The position numbers and the translations under genes were made by a program. 19,234 nt of DNA, taken from the IMG/VR virus record IMGVR_UViG_2563366844_000003. One strand, written 5' to 3'. Below are positions 15,682 through 19,234 of the stretch, piece after piece (position 1 is the first letter of the stretch; every line of letters starts with the position of its first letter). Source of the stretch: a virus. Its lineage: Duplodnaviria > Heunggongvirae > Uroviricota > Caudoviricetes. Below the pieces are notes generated by a model. That model was given only the letters and a program-made list of their open reading frames with translations. It ran no database searches and had not been told where the DNA came from.

Positions 15682-15831
15682 ACGCTCTAACTAACAAAAC
15701 CATAATAGCCAAGGACGGCATACTGATATTGAGCCAACTATAAAAATTCCATATCACATTACGAGCCTGTGGCTTACATTCGCTTACAGTGATGATAATT
15801 TATAACCACGCAATTCTTAGGTGAGATTATC

Positions 15832-16530
15832 ATGATTAAAAATCTTCTTTTAATATTATCCCTGTCATTATTGGCTGGATGCGTACAAAAACCGTTAGTA
15901 ACGGTCAATGCTTTATCCTCCGGGCAATCTGTCGGTAAGAAGTTCTTGATCATCCCCGCAAGCCAAGAACTTTGGAACACCAAACAGATTGAATACACTC
16001 AAATAGCTACGGTAGTAGCCGCCAGTTTATCAAGCCAAGGATATACACAAGTTAAAGATGAAAAATTGGCTGACCAGGTAATTCTCTTGAACTTTTTGAG
16101 AAGCGGGGCCATTTCAAATACTCGTAATGTAACCATCCCAATATACGGGCAAACTGGTGTGAGCTCAGCAACAACGTACGGAAACTCGAACACCACGTTC
16201 AATAGTTATGGTGGTGGCTACGGTACGGCTAATACCACTGGAACGGCAACAACAGTTTATACGCCTACTTATGGAATTACTGGCGCGTATAACACAACTG
16301 TGACGGACACGTTCTACGGCGCAGGGGTGATACTCCAGTCGTTTGATGCCAAGGCTTATCTCAATAATAGGCAGATTAATATGTTATGGAAAGTTGGTAG
16401 CTCAGTCGTCTCGCAACAGTCTGATGGAATTGCTGATTACAAAGGGTTGGCGAGAATAGCCGCTAGCTATGCCGGGAAAAATACAGAAGGTGATATAACT
16501 TTTAATGTTGACCCTAAAGCACCAAATTAA
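15832..16530 (+). CDS. Lipoprotein with Thr/Gly/Tyr-rich low-complexity core
   Basis: Signal peptide plus lipobox LLAGC. Central T/G/Y/N-rich tract (about aa 110-160). AGGTGAG SD. AT-richer than the upstream operon. Confidence 0.8.
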   Translation: MIKNLLLILSLSLLAGCVQKPLVTVNALSSGQSVGKKFLIIPASQELWNTKQIEYTQIATVVAASLSSQGYTQVKDEKLADQVILLNFLRSGAISNTRNVTIPIYGQTGVSSATTYGNSNTTFNSYGGGYGTANTTGTATTVYTPTYGITGAYNTTVTDTFYGAGVILQSFDAKAYLNNRQINMLWKVGSSVVSQQSDGIADYKGLARIAASYAGKNTEGDITFNVDPKAPN

Positions 16531-16537
16531 CTAATAA

Positions 16538-16553
16538 GCCCGGTACGCCGGGC
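16538..16553 (+). terminator. GC-rich hairpin GCCCGG-tacg-CCGGGC after the lipoprotein gene (weak terminator candidate)
   Basis: 6-bp GC stem with a 4-nt loop, 8 bp after the stop, but a poor U-tract (ATTCAT). Confidence 0.3.
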
Positions 16554-16743
16554 ATTCATGCCCCTATTATTCATGAATCGCTTTTTCTGGAAGGTATGCG
16601 ACAAACGTTAAGTGACATTGCCTACACATTCGGGGCGGGATTTCAAATCCGCTCCCAGTTGATGGGGCCGTTACAGTACGCGCATATCCGCTTTATGTGA
16701 AACAGGAAGATTTTTCTGATATCACTGCCACAGCAAAACACCA

Positions 16744-16956
16744 ATGTCGAGACAAGTACGCGCGCGAGGGTTATCAGTTGCAAAAAGTTTTGCAACTGCG
16801 TCCGACCAGTACGCACACAATGGAGGGGAGTACCATAAAACTGTTCTCTACATAAGACAGAGTGATGGTGATGTGTTGATTATCGGCTTATATGCGCACA
16901 GGACGCGCTATGACGATGTTTTATGCGGGTACACCAATCACATATATCTGGTGTGA
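16744..16956 (+). pseudogene. Possible remnant of a RelE/ParE-superfamily toxin gene (C-terminal motif only)
   Basis: C-terminal HKTVLYIRQSDGDVLIIGLYAHRTRYDD loosely matches the RelE/ParE C-terminal pattern, but the N-terminal 35 aa are not toxin-like and overlap repeat sequence. Weak. Confidence 0.2.
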
Positions 16957-17055
16957 TAAATCGCGTTACATGACCTCTCATGTTGTGCTGGTGGTTATCA
17001 CGACGTTCTGAATCTGGCCTTTGCCTGGTATTTTGCGACAAGTACGCGCGCGTAG
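16752..17055. repeat. Direct repeats GACAAGTACGCGCGCG (16752-16767 and 17040-17055) flanking a 24-bp perfect palindrome CAGTTGCAAAA-AG-TTTTGCAACTG (16775-16798)
   Basis: Exact 16-mer occurs twice 288 bp apart. A third TACGCGCGCG occurs at 19012-19021. Confidence 0.6.
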
Positions 17056-17600
17056 CATCGAAATAATCGGATGGCGTATGCTGCTGGTAATATGAAGACC
17101 GATAGCATTAACCGAAAGGAGAAAGACTTCTCGATAACGGCAAGATCGCGGCAAGGGGGCTGAATTGCGAGGCGAGATTAAGCAACTGTCTTGAACGTAA
17201 AAATCATGGAGCAACATGATGGTACGATTCATTCCATTCTTCGTTCTTTCTGAGCATTGCGTTCAGGCTTAGTCAAAATTAGTGTTGCGAGCGGACCTAT
17301 TAGTAATTGTTAGTGCGATGCGCCTGTTATGGATTGTTATGGTTGTGGCAGGCCTGATTAATATCCAGTATGACCACCAGCTATGAGAAGCCACCTCAGT
17401 GGTTCGCAGTTGCAGGTTTGCACTCAGGTTCGCAGGGTTTTGGCTACTTTCACGTGCGAACCTGCAGAATTGCAAAGGACAACTAAGTCCTCTGGCCAAC
17501 TCCCGGTTTATGAGCGACACAGTCCGCCTGGCGCATCGTTTTCGTCGAGTGCGCCCATCAGCTTGTCCATGGACTATCCACCACTCGATATTAAAGCTAA

Positions 17601-17786
17601 TCATTGGTTGCCAGCCCGCGAATCAAGTTTATTCTGGATCCAAGCTTCAACCTCCTCAAGCGACCATCTAGCTGATCTACCAATTTTAACTGGCTGTGGA
17701 AACGTGCCCGTCTTAACCCATGAGTAGATTGCCGTTTTCTTGAAGCCCGTTCTGAGCATGACTTCGCTTAATTTGATAAGGCGCAT
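17601..17786 (-). CDS. alpA: Second AlpA-family transcriptional regulator, opposite strand
   Basis: 61 aa. MRLIKLSEVMLRTGFKKTAIYSWVKTGTFPQPVKIGRSARWSLEEVEAWI is a textbook AlpA sequence. GGAG SD on the minus strand upstream. Confidence 0.85.
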   Translation of the reverse strand: MRLIKLSEVMLRTGFKKTAIYSWVKTGTFPQPVKIGRSARWSLEEVEAWIQNKLDSRAGNQ

Positions 17787-17835
17787 AGAGGCTCCTCTGC
17801 TTTAGATTAAGCATAGTGACAATCTGGCTTTGGGC

Positions 17836-17870
17836 GGTATCCAAAAGCGAGGTATCCATGTTGGTATCCA
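17836..17870. repeat. Three direct GGTATCCA repeats (17836-17843, 17851-17858, 17863-17870) in the divergent region upstream of minus-strand alpA
   Basis: Exact 8-mers spaced 15 and 12 bp apart, start to start. Confidence 0.5.
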
Positions 17871-17984
17871 CCAAAACGCTGTTTACCAAAAAAGTTACCA
17901 CCGGAACAGGACATTTTGAGCTGTAACTTAACACATAGCATATGGAGTTCACGTATAGACTTCACGCACAACGGCTCCGGCCAG

Positions 17985-18013
17985 TGAAGAATCACCCTGG
18001 CTGGCAATATAAT
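17985..18013 (+). promoter_or_regulatory. Putative promoter (-10 TATAAT at 18008-18013) for the small + strand ORF
   Basis: Consensus -10 hexamer with a weak -35 (TGAAGA) at 17-bp spacing. Confidence 0.3.
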
Positions 18014-18038
18014 GCCGATCACCATCAGAGGGGAATCC

Positions 18039-18215
18039 ATGACACCACGAGAAATCGAGCTGCTGACCATTGCCAAGCTGGAGCATGACGGCCACCAGCT
18101 CAGCCCGGCAGAACTGCGGGAATTAAGGCGCCAGCTGGCAGAGGGCCCTGTAATAGCCAGGCGGTACCGCGAAATGATGACCAGCGCCGCTCCGTGCGCG
18201 GTGAGCAGCACCTAA
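18039..18215 (+). CDS. Small hypothetical protein (58 aa)
   Basis: GAGGGG SD 5 nt before ATG 18039. The track's start at 18012 overlaps the -10 box and lacks an SD. Confidence 0.45.
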   Translation: MTPREIELLTIAKLEHDGHQLSPAELRELRRQLAEGPVIARRYREMMTSAAPCAVSST

Positions 18216-18276
18216 CCAGCACTAGACAAGCCCTGTGCTGGTGGATGTCCCTCATAATTAGCGGTTTTTAAACGGC

Positions 18277-18401
18277 GTGTTGGTTCACGGCCTCTTTTTG
18301 TTGGTTCAAAAATGGGGGGTGTTGGTTCACTTTTTGCGAATAATCCTTTTAAAAACAATACTCTTTACAAATTGAACCAACTGAACCAACTGAACCAACA
18401 C
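18277..18401. repeat. Iteron block 2: three spaced GTTGGTTCA (18279-18287, 18300-18308, 18321-18329), an AT-rich spacer, then three tandem TGAACCAAC (18373-18399); inverted copy of block 1
   Basis: Same 9-mer as block 1, with the tandem and spaced arrays swapped. The reverse complement of the spacer aligns with the block-1 spacer (shared ATTTRTAAA...GTATTGTTTT...AGGATT...ATTC). Confidence 0.7.
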
Positions 18402-18435
18402 CTTTTTGCTTATCTATATAGTCTGAGAGGCAGAA

Positions 18436-18723
18436 ATGATGAGGGACAGGAAAGCTGAAGAGCTGGAGTCAAAAGGGCTATGCCGGAGAGCTGCCGCACG
18501 ATGGGCAGAAGTCATGACGCTGGCAGATGGCGATAAAGAACGTGAACATGCAGCAAACAGACGCTCTGAATGTATCCGTAGGGCGGCACGCCCACCAGCA
18601 ACTACAGACAGATTCGGAGATTTAAGACAGGCAGTTAAGCGAACTCATTCGGCTCTTGGTATGGATGAGGAAGCGAGAGGGTACTTCAGGCGTTATCGCG
18701 ATAAAGATTGCCAGAGACAGTAA
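18436..18723 (+). CDS. PerC-family transcriptional regulator (tentative)
   Basis: 95 aa. N-terminus KAEELESKGLCRRAAARWAEVM resembles the PerC motif (AEKLEAKGLWRRAA.RW.EV) as I recall it. GAGAGG SD. Confidence 0.6.
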   Translation: MMRDRKAEELESKGLCRRAAARWAEVMTLADGDKEREHAANRRSECIRRAARPPATTDRFGDLRQAVKRTHSALGMDEEARGYFRRYRDKDCQRQ

Positions 18724-19106
18724 TGCTCTCTCTGTTTTGGCAAATTACCCCTCACTTTGAAGGGATCGGAGCTATAAAAATGGTGTTATCCGGCTTCCTG
18801 CATTGCAGGTTTTCGAAAAAATCAATGGGTTAGGTCATCGTGCAAATTTGCACTCTGCCAGCCAACGCAATTTCTCGTTGGCGAAAATATCAGGTATTTA
18901 CTGAACGAACGGTCTACCAGTCTATTCAGTTACCAGTTGCACATGGCTGTTTCATGTGAGAACGGAGGTTTTTTCGGACATCACTATTGGGTACAGCAAT
19001 TTCACGAGCAATACGCGCGCGCAGGACAACAAGCCTGAACATGATTACACACCTCGATCGTGAGGGATGTAGACAATGGCTTCTGACCAAAGCACCCAAA
19101 AAAACC

Positions 19107-19128
19107 GTGTACATAAGGGTGTACATAA
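19107..19128. repeat. Direct repeat GTGTACATAA x2 (19107-19116, 19119-19128) with palindromic TGTACA cores
   Basis: Two exact 10-mers separated by GG. Candidate regulator binding site near the window end. Confidence 0.35.
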
Positions 19129-19234
19129 TCAAAAACCGCATTATAAAGAAACCAGCCACAATGAGGCATTAAAGCCAACACTCTACAAACAGATTCAATC
19201 GAGTAAGCGGCATCGCATTGTAGGCCATTGTTAA

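Noticed and set aside
16619-16650. tRNA-like 3' fragment (GGGGCGGGATTTCAAATCCGCTCCC) that could mark an att site
   Set aside because: Only a 3-bp stem can be formed around the T-loop-like TTCAAAT, and there is no acceptor stem or CCA. Insufficient to call a tRNA or att core without the partner site.
17269-17727. Overlapping 111-aa (minus) and 114-aa/90-aa (+) ORFs downstream of the second alpA, considered as a possible integrase remnant
   Set aside because: No SD and no integrase motifs (no R..HxxR..Y) visible; the translations are Arg/Ser/Cys-rich and non-protein-like. Could be decayed sequence, but nothing can be supported.
18216-18240. Hairpin CCAGCAC-n11-GTGCTGG after the small ORF at 18039-18215 as a terminator
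   Set aside because: Large loop and no following T-run; at most a weak structural element.
1-19234. Classic P4 capsid-size and anti-termination genes (sid, delta, psu), or a transposase/IS element
   Set aside because: No ORF shows the expected sizes or motifs, and no terminal inverted repeats with a transposase were seen. The element is better described as P4-like/PICI-like than as P4 proper.

Overview
The window looks like an enterobacterial P4-like / PICI-like integrative satellite with an unusual cargo region. The backbone runs from a complete P4-type tyrosine integrase (1-1260) through an AlpA regulator, an AntA-type antirepressor and a coupled run of small ORFs to a large zinc-finger/TOPRIM/P-loop primase (6993-9749), followed by an iteron-type origin-like repeat block (9773-9887). 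Downstream of a strong terminator (10206-10239) lies an intact, translationally coupled four-gene operon (10513-15681) whose products resemble the virion-internal ejection proteins of P22-like podoviruses, ending in a 908-aa protein with a clear lytic transglycosylase motif, then an AT-richer lipoprotein gene (15832-16530). The right side holds about 1 kb of apparently decayed DNA with TACGCGCGCG-containing repeats, a second AlpA gene on the opposite strand, a near mirror-image copy of the iteron block (18277-18401) and a PerC-like regulator. The strongest candidate for something undescribed is the ejection-protein-like operon carried as satellite cargo and bracketed by the two inverted iteron blocks. 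Secondary candidates are the AT-rich 281-aa gene beside the integrase and the regulatory region at 4400-4820. All homology statements are from reading the translations by eye; no search was run.
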